Source of the DNA: a virus
Taxonomy: Duplodnaviria > Caudoviricetes
DNA length: 64,000 nucleotides
Strand: one strand, 5' to 3'
IMG/VR virus record: IMGVR_UViG_3300028591_000071
The translations under genes and the position numbers were made by a program. The notes beneath the pieces were generated by a model. The model made no database searches. It was not told the origin of the DNA and worked only from the letters and a program-made list of their open reading frames with translations. Of the stretch, positions 7,699-17,035 are shown piece by piece. The number at the start of each line of letters is the position of its first letter. Positions within the stretch are counted from its first letter, which is position 1.

Positions 7699-9072
7699 TT
7701 ACTTGATTAACCACCTGTAAGGGGCAAATTTGTCTTCTTTTTCCTTCTTGCTTTCGCCTGTATAAAACGGCATTGAGTAATTTCTCTTCGGTGTAATTGA
7801 AATTTCTGTGTTCACTTTTATATCATGTGTTTTCGTGCTTGCTGTAATAGTATTGCTTGCCACCCAAGATTTAAGAAGAACTTTATCCTTTTCCTTTGCC
7901 GCAATGAATTTCTTCATTGAATAGTTCATGACGAAGCAAGCCATTGCAAGGCAGGTAAGCGTATCATCGTGAGCGCCGTCCTGATGGTCGATTCTCGCAG
8001 CCGTTCCCTTGTAAATCCAAGTATCGAGTTCTGCGATAACACGCTTTGAACGAATCTTTATCTGATTGGTCTTTACCATATTTGCGAAGAAGGTAAGCAT
8101 TTGGAAACGGACGGCGTTACTATGGAATCCTGGAAGTTTCCCTTCGGCATTCGGCTTAAGCGAAGATGCTTCGATTTCCATGGTAAATTTGTTCAACTGA
8201 GGGTCATCATAGTAAAGATTCTTATACCCGAGCCTCTGCATCATAAGGATACAAGCATCACCCGTACCACCAATACAATCAACCGTACAGAACGCCTCGC
8301 CGTACATCATGCCATATCTGTAAGCAAGTTCACCGCAGTCGTCACCCGTAATCTTTCCGTGATATTCAAGAACCTGTTCAAGGATTGGCTCACCCGTCTC
8401 TTCGTCAATTCCGTCCATGTCAAGTATTTCAATGGCCGTTCTATCTGCAGCATCACCACGGGAGCAGTCGATACTCATCATATACCTATGCCCCGGAATC
8501 GGCTCTTTCCAAATCCATGTGTCGTCCATCATCGGGTCGGTGTACTTCGGGTCTCTTTGGTTGAGTTTCTGCTGCATTTCGATGTATTCAGGCTCAACGA
8601 CATTGGATGCAGACCCAAGGAATGATACATCCAACTCCTGTGCAATCTTTTGACTGTCGTTGTTGAACTGTTTGCACATCGTTACATACCAAGGGCTTCT
8701 CGGAGACCACCCGTCCTGTACCATCTGCTCCCAATGCTCTTCGTCGTACTTAATGTTTCCTTCCTTGTCAAGCGTCGGTTCTTTTTCAATAATCCAATCG
8801 CCCGTTTCGGGGTCTTTTTTCGTCCATTCAAGATGCTTGTTGTATCGAGGGTCTTGATACCACTTGAGTTTTACAAGTTCAAAGTTGTTCCAATCTTTCG
8901 TACCCTTTAACTCAGCCCTTCTGCATGTTTCATAATACAACATGTCTTTACCGTTGGGGGTTGAAATGAGTATTATATGGCCTCCTGTGGAAACAGTAGG
9001 CAATGCAGATGCATAAACATCTTTTCCGTTCTCAATAAACGCGGCCTCATCGAAGATTAGCCATTGAACTCC
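7699..9072 (-). CDS. terL: Large terminase subunit, exon 2
   Basis: Frame stays open upstream of 9003 to 9072: GVQWLIFDEAAF (Walker B), ISTPNG, RNase H SIDCSRG and HDD. Confidence 0.9.
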   Translation of the reverse strand, partial: GVQWLIFDEAAFIENGKDVYASALPTVSTGGHIILISTPNGKDMLYYETCRRAELKGTKDWNNFELVKLKWYQDPRYNKHLEWTKKDPETGDWIIEKEPTLDKEGNIKYDEEHWEQMVQDGWSPRSPWYVTMCKQFNNDSQKIAQELDVSFLGSASNVVEPEYIEMQQKLNQRDPKYTDPMMDDTWIWKEPIPGHRYMMSIDCSRGDAADRTAIEILDMDGIDEETGEPILEQVLEYHGKITGDDCGELAYRYGMMYGEAFCTVDCIGGTGDACILMMQRLGYKNLYYDDPQLNKFTMEIEASSLKPNAEGKLPGFHSNAVRFQMLTFFANMVKTNQIKIRSKRVIAELDTWIYKGTAARIDHQDGAHDDTLTCLAMACFVMNYSMKKFIAAKEKDKVLLKSWVASNTITASTKTHDIKVNTEISITPKRNYSMPFYTGESKKEKEDKFAPYRWLIK

Positions 9073-9320
9073 CTGTTAATCAATTAATTACGAAGTTTTT
9101 TATCATCGTACTCATATAATTTCTTATATGTTTGGCGTACATTTTCACATAAAGTGTTCCGCACTCTTGGATGGATTATATTTATTCACCATCTACGCTC
9201 TACGGTGTTTCTGAGCCTTTCGCAATCTCAGAACTTACCTCGGTATTGCCATATCCGTACTTTGCAGCAGAGACTTAGGGTTCACCGATTTTGCGGAATT
9301 TAAAGTCGGCAGAGTTGTTT
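9073..9320 (-). ncRNA. Group I self-splicing intron without ORF (248 nt)
   Basis: 5' exon ends in U with P1 AGUCGGU/GCCGACU; terminal G; P3 UUCCGCA/UGCGGAA; P7 GCGUA/UACGC; removal joins the exons in frame. Confidence 0.9.
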
Positions 9321-9845
9321 ACCGACTCCACGAGATGCGTCAGGGCCCGAAGAACGGGCAACTACTTTACATCCGTTTTTAAGCACCAACTCTTTTGAGT
9401 TGCACACATCAAAGATTACATTCTTGTTTGGTGGAGGTGATAGTGGGTCTTTTGCGTTCTTAATGAATTCGTCTCCCCACATCCACAGCGGGAACTGTAG
9501 AAGAAAATCCCTTATCTTGAAAAGCATTTGCTGAGCAAGGTCTAGTGTGTTTCCAATTGCAAGAACTGTTTGCGGCGATTTTTTGTCTGCAAGACACATT
9601 TCACACGCAATAAATGCGCCGGCCGTGGTTGTGGCTCCGGCTTGTCTTGGCTTAGTTAGGACAGCATTATTTGCGTTTCCTAAAGTTTTACAAAGGTCTT
9701 GCTGCCTTGGAAATAACATAAATGGAACCATTGCCCTTTGTGTGTTATCAAATGTTTTAAGATAATGCTGAATCATATAAATACGACTCTTATCCTTCCA
9801 ACATTTTGCGAATTCAGACGATAAATAATCATAATCAATAATCAT
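9321..9845 (-). CDS. terL: Large terminase subunit, exon 1
   Basis: Walker A KPRQAGATT; 175 codons ending ASRGVG; spliced product 632 aa. Confidence 0.9.
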
Positions 9846-9862
9846 ATCAATTGTCTTTTAAC

Positions 9863-9874
9863 TATTTATAAATA
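9863..9874. promoter_or_regulatory. Palindromic double TATTTAT (putative bidirectional late promoter)
   Basis: TATTTATAAATA between divergent terL and endonuclease genes. Confidence 0.55.
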
Positions 9875-9899
9875 TATTAAATAGTAGTATTTGTAAAAA

Positions 9900-11519
9900 A
9901 TGCCCGCAAAATCAAATAAAGAAGAATTCATAAGAAGAGCAAAGTTAGTTCATGGAGATAAATATGACTATTCTAAAGTGAATTATGTAAATAATAGAAC
10001 AAAGGTCATAATTATCTGTCCTGAGCATGGAGAATTTGAACAAGTTCCCGATTCTCATTTAAGGGGGAGCGGATGCCCAATTTGTAGGTGGAAAAAAGCA
10101 AAAGAAAGTATTAGAAGAGCTCAGGGAATGACGACAGATGAATTTATAGAAAGGGCAAAGAAAGTACATGGAAATAAATATGATTACTCAAAAGTAAAAT
10201 ACGAAAATACAGAAACAAAGGTGTGTATAATATGTCCTAAACATGGCGAATTTTGGCAAACACCCCATCATCACTTAATGGGAATTGGATGCCCCCTTTG
10301 TGGCCAAAAGAAGTATGGAACAGAAGAGTTCATTGAACGAGCAAAGAAAATACATGGAGATAAATACGATTATTCAAAAACCAATTTTATTGGCAAAAAA
10401 TATAAAGTAATAATAACATGCCCAATTCACGGAGATTTTGAGCAATTACCGCTGAATCATTTAAAAGGATATGGGTGTCCAGAATGCGGTAGACATTTCG
10501 GAAAACAAGAAAAAGCGGTCCTTAAACTTCTTAAAGAAAAATATGAGCATGTTGAGTATCAATATACCAACAATACATTCTTAAAGGGATTAAAGAAAAA
10601 TCTTACATTGGACTATTTTTTGCCGGACTATAACATTGGAATAGAATATCAGGGGATACAACATTTTTATCCACAAAATGTTTTTGGCGGACAAAAAGCA
10701 TATGATGTTGTTTATGAAAGAGATTTTAGAAAATATCAACAATGCAAAGAACACGGAATTCAAATATTCTACATATCTTTCGAAAAGAAGATTCCTGAAG
10801 ATTATTTTGCCCCTGTGTATAAAACATTTGAAGATTTAGCAAATGCAATTGATATTTATATTAGTAAAAAAGACGAAAACAATATGAAGACACTTAACGA
10901 ATCCATTATAAGAAAAATCGTCGCGGAATCGCTGAAAAAAGCCCTTATGGAGAACATAGAGGGCGAATACAGGACAAAAGGCTCTCTCAATAAGAAGACC
11001 TTGGAGAAGAATGCAGGAAAATCTGCAGAGGAAATTATTGCCGACAGGAAGAAGAAAGCAGAAGAAGATGAACTCGCATCAAGATGGGAGGATACCGCAG
11101 AGGATGTCCTTTCAAGATGGAATGACGGGGATGAAAATGAATTTGACGACACAACAGCAGGCGGAGACTATAAGATAGATTTCTCCGACCCATATTTCTT
11201 CAAAGACGGACAGCGTTGTGACGCGGATGCAATAGGAAATTTCCATAATGATTTTGCAATCGTAAAGAAAGATGGGAAGTGCAATTATGTCAATTCAAAC
11301 GGTGAACTTCTTTCAGACGATTGGTTTGACGCATGCAACGACTTTGAAGATGGCTTTGGTCTTGTAGCGAAAGACAGGAAAAGAAACTTCATAGGAAGTA
11401 ACGGCCAGTTGCTGATGGACATATGGGCCGATAGAGCGGGAGATTTCATTGGTGGAACCGCCCCTCTCATTATCAACGGAGAACGCCACGAGGTTGATAG
11501 GAACGGAAACATACGATAA
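9900..11519 (+). CDS. Homing-endonuclease-like protein (three zinc-ribbon repeats plus PD-(D/E)XK/Vsr-like domain) fused to a tagged WG-repeat-like protein
   Basis: Three YDYSK...IICPxHGEF...GCPxC repeats; LDYFLPDYNIGIEYQGIQH; internal MKTLNESIIRKIVAES at 10884; C-terminal FxxGFAxV-type repeats. Confidence 0.8.
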   Translation: MPAKSNKEEFIRRAKLVHGDKYDYSKVNYVNNRTKVIIICPEHGEFEQVPDSHLRGSGCPICRWKKAKESIRRAQGMTTDEFIERAKKVHGNKYDYSKVKYENTETKVCIICPKHGEFWQTPHHHLMGIGCPLCGQKKYGTEEFIERAKKIHGDKYDYSKTNFIGKKYKVIITCPIHGDFEQLPLNHLKGYGCPECGRHFGKQEKAVLKLLKEKYEHVEYQYTNNTFLKGLKKNLTLDYFLPDYNIGIEYQGIQHFYPQNVFGGQKAYDVVYERDFRKYQQCKEHGIQIFYISFEKKIPEDYFAPVYKTFEDLANAIDIYISKKDENNMKTLNESIIRKIVAESLKKALMENIEGEYRTKGSLNKKTLEKNAGKSAEEIIADRKKKAEEDELASRWEDTAEDVLSRWNDGDENEFDDTTAGGDYKIDFSDPYFFKDGQRCDADAIGNFHNDFAIVKKDGKCNYVNSNGELLSDDWFDACNDFEDGFGLVAKDRKRNFIGSNGQLLMDIWADRAGDFIGGTAPLIINGERHEVDRNGNIR

Positions 11520-11615
11520 GCGTTAAAAATAGTATAATTCATGCGATGTTGATTTTTTCAGCATCGCATTTGTTTTTGTTCCTATTATTTTGTATATTAA
11601 TGTAAAACATTGACA

Positions 11616-12014
11616 ATGGATTATAAGGATATGACGGTCGAACAACTCGACAGGGAAAAGGAGCGACTTAAGAACAAATACAATGAGATAGAAGACCAAT
11701 GTGTCCACGACGGTCTCAATTGGGAAGAATTCTGCAAGAAGGCGAAGAAAGAAAGAGAAGGTCTCTATTTCATAGACAAATATAAGCGGCTCAGACAAGA
11801 CCCTGCCGTTGAATATGGTAAGGAGTGGAAGGGTGATACACTTACATTGGAAGAGTTCGTAAGAAAGTGTAAGAACAAGGAATTTGTTGACGAAGACGGC
11901 GTCGGATATTATGCGACGGAATCAGCAAAGAGCGATGTAAAGATATTCCCGTCAGATGTTGAAGAAAATTTAATAAGAGAGGATTTCTCTCATGTAATAT
12001 GGTTTGACAAATGA
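11616..12014 (+). CDS. Hypothetical protein
   Basis: ORF after a TATATT promoter-like element; FVDEDGVGYYAT. Confidence 0.7.
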   Translation: MDYKDMTVEQLDREKERLKNKYNEIEDQCVHDGLNWEEFCKKAKKEREGLYFIDKYKRLRQDPAVEYGKEWKGDTLTLEEFVRKCKNKEFVDEDGVGYYATESAKSDVKIFPSDVEENLIREDFSHVIWFDK

Positions 12015-12508
12015 AAATAGATTTAGAGACAAAGGTGACAAAGGAAATAGATGTCAAATACATCTGTATGAATGTTGGCCCAAGATATTGGGAAGATGGC
12101 GATGTCAACGGAGAAGAGGACATCTCATACGAAGAGCAGGAAAAAGGTGCAAAACCGAGGATGCCGATGGCCGTTGAAAATCCCGATTCAAAGCGGAAGG
12201 ACGAAAGTTACAGGTTTGCGGTAAAGATTGATGCTGAAACGGGAAATATTGTAGGATGGCCGGAGGGAGTTGAAGCAGACATACATTATAAGGTGTGCGA
12301 CGATGGAACTTATTGGCTTGAAGACGCCAAAGGAAACAAAATTCATGAGATAGATTCTTATGTTCCTGAACTTTGGGATTTTTATGATGACTCATATGGC
12401 GATTATATTATAATGACGGTCGAAGGCAACGGACATGTGAAAGAGTGGTATGATGAGTCGAAATTGAAGAGCAGGATTGATTTGTTTCTTAAGGAAGAAG
12501 GATTTTAA
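12011..12508 (+). CDS. Hypothetical phage protein
   Basis: 165-aa ORF, ATGA overlap; VGPRYWED, HYKVCD. Confidence 0.75.
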   Translation: MKIDLETKVTKEIDVKYICMNVGPRYWEDGDVNGEEDISYEEQEKGAKPRMPMAVENPDSKRKDESYRFAVKIDAETGNIVGWPEGVEADIHYKVCDDGTYWLEDAKGNKIHEIDSYVPELWDFYDDSYGDYIIMTVEGNGHVKEWYDESKLKSRIDLFLKEEGF

Positions 12509-12553
12509 TAGGAATGATATACCTGTCACACATAAGTAAAATTGTACACAATT

Positions 12554-13066
12554 ATGACGAAAGAAAAAGCAATTGAAGAACTTGGGTATGATATAATACC
12601 AACATACATCTGCGATATTTTAAAGGATGCCAATGTTAACATGAGTGTGAATGAGTGTTCCGTAACATATTTTGGCGAAAAGTTTGAACCATACGAAAAA
12701 CCGCTCGATGATTTTGCAAAGTGGCTCACGGAATATAAGAATATCAACAAGCCGGACAGACTCTCTGTATCTGATGTTGCAATCGTCAACTCAAACGAAA
12801 GATACTGTCATGGAGTTATTCAAGTTTTCAATGGGCTTAATGGTACAACTTTAGTCTCAAGGCAGTCCCTCAAACATGTTATGGATATCATTCAACACCT
12901 TGAAGACTATTTTGGCGCTCGTGCTTGGATTTCTCAAGTGTCGTATCACAGCGATTGTTTTTGTTACGCAATCTCCTTTGTATTCTGGGATGACTATTTC
13001 CATGTAATTCGTGACGGAATAAATGGGCAGTACGGAACATTCCGTCCACTCTACCATTGGGATTAA
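12554..13066 (+). CDS. Hypothetical protein
   Basis: ORF starting MTKEKAIEEL. Confidence 0.7.
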   Translation: MTKEKAIEELGYDIIPTYICDILKDANVNMSVNECSVTYFGEKFEPYEKPLDDFAKWLTEYKNINKPDRLSVSDVAIVNSNERYCHGVIQVFNGLNGTTLVSRQSLKHVMDIIQHLEDYFGARAWISQVSYHSDCFCYAISFVFWDDYFHVIRDGINGQYGTFRPLYHWD

Positions 13067-13107
13067 CAAATAGGGTAAACATGTATATAAAAGAAAAAAC
13101 GCAGGTG

Positions 13108-14805
13108 CTATTCCTGCGTTTCTTTTTTCCATACGTACCTTATTAGACCGCAGTCCCAAATTCTGTCAAAGCCTATTTTCTTTGCCATCTCAGATTCTGT
13201 CATATCTTTTGTAAGTTCATACTTGTCCCCGTATTTTGCGATAATCCTGTCTTTGCGGAATCCGAACTTATGGAATCTTTGGCATCTGCCAACTTTATCG
13301 TTTATATAAGTATAACTTGGTTTTGTATATCCATCATTTTCAAACCCAAGGATTGTATAAACATTCTTATCTTCATTTATTGTCCACCTTCTGTCCGCAA
13401 ACGAAATTATTTCTGACGGGTCATGCTCTGAAACAAATCGTTTGAACAATTTTCCGCCAACACCTTGGCACACAAAGTTATAATCGCTTGCAAATCGTGT
13501 TAGTTCCCATATATTCTTTTCTGTGTTTCTTTTTTTAAACGACATAATAGCAATTAGTTTCCCATTAAAAAACGCCCCATATGATATGGTTGAACCAACC
13601 CATCCTTGTATGTGGTATCTGTTCAAGAAATTTTTCGCATCTTCAACACCGACTTCAGAGATAATGCATTTTCTACCCATTATTTTTGGCAAATCATATT
13701 GAAGTCCAATGATATGACCTATTTTGTTAAACACTATATCTTTTTTATGAACAAATTCGTCTTCAAAAATATGAATCAATTTTATTCCATTCTTTTTACA
13801 TTCGTTCGTCTTTGATACATGAAAAAATGGGGTCTTTTTGCCGCGCCATTCAGAGTGCCATCTTAGGCCGTCATATTCAATTCCAATATTTTTCTGTGGA
13901 ATAAATATATCAATTTCTTTTCCGTGTAATATGCTGCGATTTTTTTCGCAAAATACATTGTTTGACTCAAGAAAAGATAAAATTTCTTTTTCTGCTTTAG
14001 ATGTATATGATTTTTTTGTGTTTAAGTTTGTTTGTTCGGCTCGTTTCTTGCCAAATTCTCGTAGAGAATCTGATACGGTTTTATCGCCATATTTTTCCAC
14101 ATATTCTTTTTTAGTAATACCATGTTTTAATAAGTGGTGCCAATCTATCCTTGACAATTTTTTCCCACAAATTGCACATGTTACGAATTTTTTAGCATCA
14201 GTCTCTGTTTGTAAATCGAGAGTTTTATTTGCAAGTCTTAAATATTCTTTGTCTTCAGGATGTTCTAAAAGATATTTTTCTTTTGTAATTCCGTGTTCTT
14301 TAATGATATGATTTAAAAATGCACCACTTTTATTTTCAACATCAATAGTCTCCCAATTACAGTATGGGCACTTTTTAGAAATTTCAGTATTTTCTACCTG
14401 TATGATATCAAACCATTGTTCGTACCATTGATATCCGTTTTTTTTGAAAAAAGTAGTTCTCTTATAAAGAGACGGAACTTCAATACCCATCTCTTTTATA
14501 TAAGACGTGAGGGCGCCAGAAGAATTCAAATAATCCTTAAATCTTTTACCGGTGTTTTTTTCTATTGCTTCGTAGTGAAATCCGTTTTTTGGCGGATATC
14601 GTTTCTTTAGCTCTTCGTTATAATTCCATCCGTTGTCTATAACCTTTTTTGTTGGGCAAAAAATTGTAATTCCGTTTTCTAACAGAATACTTTTTACCCT
14701 ACGGTCACCGATTTTGAAATTTTTAGAAATTTCTTGTATTGTTTTTCTTTCCTCTTTGTACAGATTACAAATCTCAATTTTGTCTTTTTCGTTAAGTTTT
14801 CTCAT
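13108..14805 (-). CDS. Hef-like homing endonuclease (zinc fingers, PD-(D/E)XK, GNAT-like C-terminus)
   Basis: CPYC..H...H and CAIC..H...H fingers; EIDIFIP..IGIEYDG.RWH...IFEDE; WELTRFAS, SFADRRW, IWDCG. Confidence 0.75.
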   Translation of the reverse strand: MRKLNEKDKIEICNLYKEERKTIQEISKNFKIGDRRVKSILLENGITIFCPTKKVIDNGWNYNEELKKRYPPKNGFHYEAIEKNTGKRFKDYLNSSGALTSYIKEMGIEVPSLYKRTTFFKKNGYQWYEQWFDIIQVENTEISKKCPYCNWETIDVENKSGAFLNHIIKEHGITKEKYLLEHPEDKEYLRLANKTLDLQTETDAKKFVTCAICGKKLSRIDWHHLLKHGITKKEYVEKYGDKTVSDSLREFGKKRAEQTNLNTKKSYTSKAEKEILSFLESNNVFCEKNRSILHGKEIDIFIPQKNIGIEYDGLRWHSEWRGKKTPFFHVSKTNECKKNGIKLIHIFEDEFVHKKDIVFNKIGHIIGLQYDLPKIMGRKCIISEVGVEDAKNFLNRYHIQGWVGSTISYGAFFNGKLIAIMSFKKRNTEKNIWELTRFASDYNFVCQGVGGKLFKRFVSEHDPSEIISFADRRWTINEDKNVYTILGFENDGYTKPSYTYINDKVGRCQRFHKFGFRKDRIIAKYGDKYELTKDMTESEMAKKIGFDRIWDCGLIRYVWKKETQE

Positions 14806-14920
14806 ATCTTTTTACAATATACAATAAATAGTTTAAAAAATCAATAACGCCAAAAACGGGCGCAAAAAAATTCACGCCGTTTTTTGGTGTTTCTGAAAAT
14901 AAAATTTGATTGTGAGAATA

Positions 14921-14949
14921 AAAAATGGGGCTTGAAACCAAGCCCCATT
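14921..14949 (-). terminator. Intrinsic terminator after major capsid gene
   Basis: AATGGGGCTT/AAGCCCCATT stem followed by a U-tract on the minus strand. Confidence 0.7.
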
Positions 14950-14981
14950 AACTATAATTTACTATTATTCAATAGTTTAGA

Positions 14982-16997
14982 TTAGCGAATCTCCTGAGGG
15001 TCCCACTGTACAAGACCATCAACCTTCACAGCACCGAAGAAGCGATTGTTCACACACTTCTTGGCATATCTCGTCATGATTCCCTTTACAGGTGCGAAGT
15101 TTTCAGGGTTGTAGATGGTAGGAGTCAACTGCATAGGGATATAAGGTGCATAGATGTAACCTGTGTCGAGGAGGCTCTTGCCCTTATGTCCGATGATGAT
15201 TGACCATGCAGGTGAATATGGGTCGCGATATACCTGATACCTGTTCTGGAGAGCACCGATGCGCTCAATACCCATGTTGTACTGGTCTGACTCAGCAGAA
15301 GCGTCACTTACATGGAAGTACTCAAGGTTGTCGAATACAGCTGAGATTTCAGATGAAACAACAATCCAGTTTGCACCACCACGAAGGGTTGACTTGTGAA
15401 TCTGTGCAGAAATCTGATTGACTCTTGTCATGAGTTCCTGATTCCAATCCTTCTGAGTGTAGTTGGTTGAGAAACCAGCCTGCCTTCTCCAACCATTGAC
15501 ATCCCAACGGAGCTGCCATGGAGCAGCCTTACGGAGGTCACGGAGGATTTCACGGTCGATTTCAGCAGCAATCTGCTCTGAAAGGAGAGCGGTGAGCTCA
15601 GCCTCAGCGTCAATATTGTGGAATGCTGAAACGTCCTGTGCAAGTTCAGGTGACCAAGTTGCACGGAGCTTACGCTCTTCAACTGATACGGTCACGCTGC
15701 TGAGGTTGAATGAAACCTCACCGATTTCGGTCTCAAGCTCGAGTGAGTCGTACTGTGACCATGCTACTGAGAACATTTCCTTAATCTCATCAGCGGTCTT
15801 CTTCTCAATACCTACATAACCGTCAAGGCTGATGCCCTGCTTCTTAGCAGGCTTTGCAAGGTCGAGGTCGATAAGGATGCTTCCGTCTGGTGCGCAGAGG
15901 TTGCTTCCGTATTCAACGATACCCTTACCATACTTCTGAGAAACAACGCGGAATGGGATTCCTTCGTACTTCTCGAAGCAAGCGTGCTCGTTGTCACCCT
16001 CGGTTCCGATAGCGTCCTTTGCAAAAACCTTAAGGGATGCGAGGAAACCTTCGGTATCCATTTCGTTTCCGTCAGGACCGGTAAGTTTACCTGCGTTGAA
16101 CTGTGAGAATCCCTTAACCTTAAGCATGACATTACGGAGAGTTCCATCAGCATAAACCCTGATGTTGTCGTCTGTAAGTTCAACTGGTTCGAAGTCAATC
16201 ATAGTTACAGGAGTTACATCCTCGCTTACGCGGATACGAATCTTACCCTTAGAGTTGTCATAAAGGAAGTCGTTATAGAAGAGGTCATAGAGAGTCCTCT
16301 TGTGGTACTTGGTAACTGAAGGCTTTACCTGACGGATGATTGCATCCTCCTTGTTCTGTGCCTTAAGATACTGAAGTGCTGAGTCGTAGTTGTCTACAGG
16401 GCCCTGTGCTGTTGCATAGGTTCCGTCAGCCTGCTGCTTGTTGTAATCGATAGTGGTTGAAGGGTCGATTTCGGTCCAAGTCTCACCACCGTCCTCACTG
16501 TACTCGAATACCATTCCGTTGACAACCTCATCAGGAAGATAGAAACGGTTGTACTTGTCACCATTGTGGCGGCTTGTACGCTCGTAACCCATCAAACCCT
16601 TATGACGGCCAACTGACTTGTCCTGTACGCGACCGTTCTCATCCAAGAACTCCCACTCACGCTCTGAGGTAACAGGAAGCATGAAGAACAAACGACCAAC
16701 AGGAAGGTTCATTGCCTGTACTGAAACGATGTCGTTAGCAAGAAGCTTGCTGAAAACACGACGGATGATAGGGAAAACAACAGTCTCGAATGAGCCGCTG
16801 CTATCAGTGTTAGTAGCCTCTGAGAGGAGTGCCTTAGCCTCGTTCTCGTAAAGAGTTGCTACATTCTCCTTAACGATACCCTTAAGGCCTTCGGTCATAC
16901 CGAGAGATGCCCAACGGTCGCTAATCTCTTTTCTAATTCTTTTCTGTTCGTTGAGCTCGATTGTGCCCACCTGACCAGATTTCAAAAATTCTTTCAT
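14982..16997 (-). CDS. Major capsid protein (T4 gp23-like)
   Basis: FPIIRRVF, SVQAMNLP, RKLRATWSPELAQD, EIDREI, GYIYAPYIP, GIMTRYA. Confidence 0.95.
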   Translation of the reverse strand: MKEFLKSGQVGTIELNEQKRIRKEISDRWASLGMTEGLKGIVKENVATLYENEAKALLSEATNTDSSGSFETVVFPIIRRVFSKLLANDIVSVQAMNLPVGRLFFMLPVTSEREWEFLDENGRVQDKSVGRHKGLMGYERTSRHNGDKYNRFYLPDEVVNGMVFEYSEDGGETWTEIDPSTTIDYNKQQADGTYATAQGPVDNYDSALQYLKAQNKEDAIIRQVKPSVTKYHKRTLYDLFYNDFLYDNSKGKIRIRVSEDVTPVTMIDFEPVELTDDNIRVYADGTLRNVMLKVKGFSQFNAGKLTGPDGNEMDTEGFLASLKVFAKDAIGTEGDNEHACFEKYEGIPFRVVSQKYGKGIVEYGSNLCAPDGSILIDLDLAKPAKKQGISLDGYVGIEKKTADEIKEMFSVAWSQYDSLELETEIGEVSFNLSSVTVSVEERKLRATWSPELAQDVSAFHNIDAEAELTALLSEQIAAEIDREILRDLRKAAPWQLRWDVNGWRRQAGFSTNYTQKDWNQELMTRVNQISAQIHKSTLRGGANWIVVSSEISAVFDNLEYFHVSDASAESDQYNMGIERIGALQNRYQVYRDPYSPAWSIIIGHKGKSLLDTGYIYAPYIPMQLTPTIYNPENFAPVKGIMTRYAKKCVNNRFFGAVKVDGLVQWDPQEIR

Positions 16998-17035
16998 AAT
17001 TTTGTTTTATTGATTTGTCTTATTTTTAATTTTTT

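Noticed and set aside
7699-9845. Terminase pseudogene, two separate genes or an intein
   Set aside because: The interruption has stop codons and full group I intron features, and splicing restores the frame
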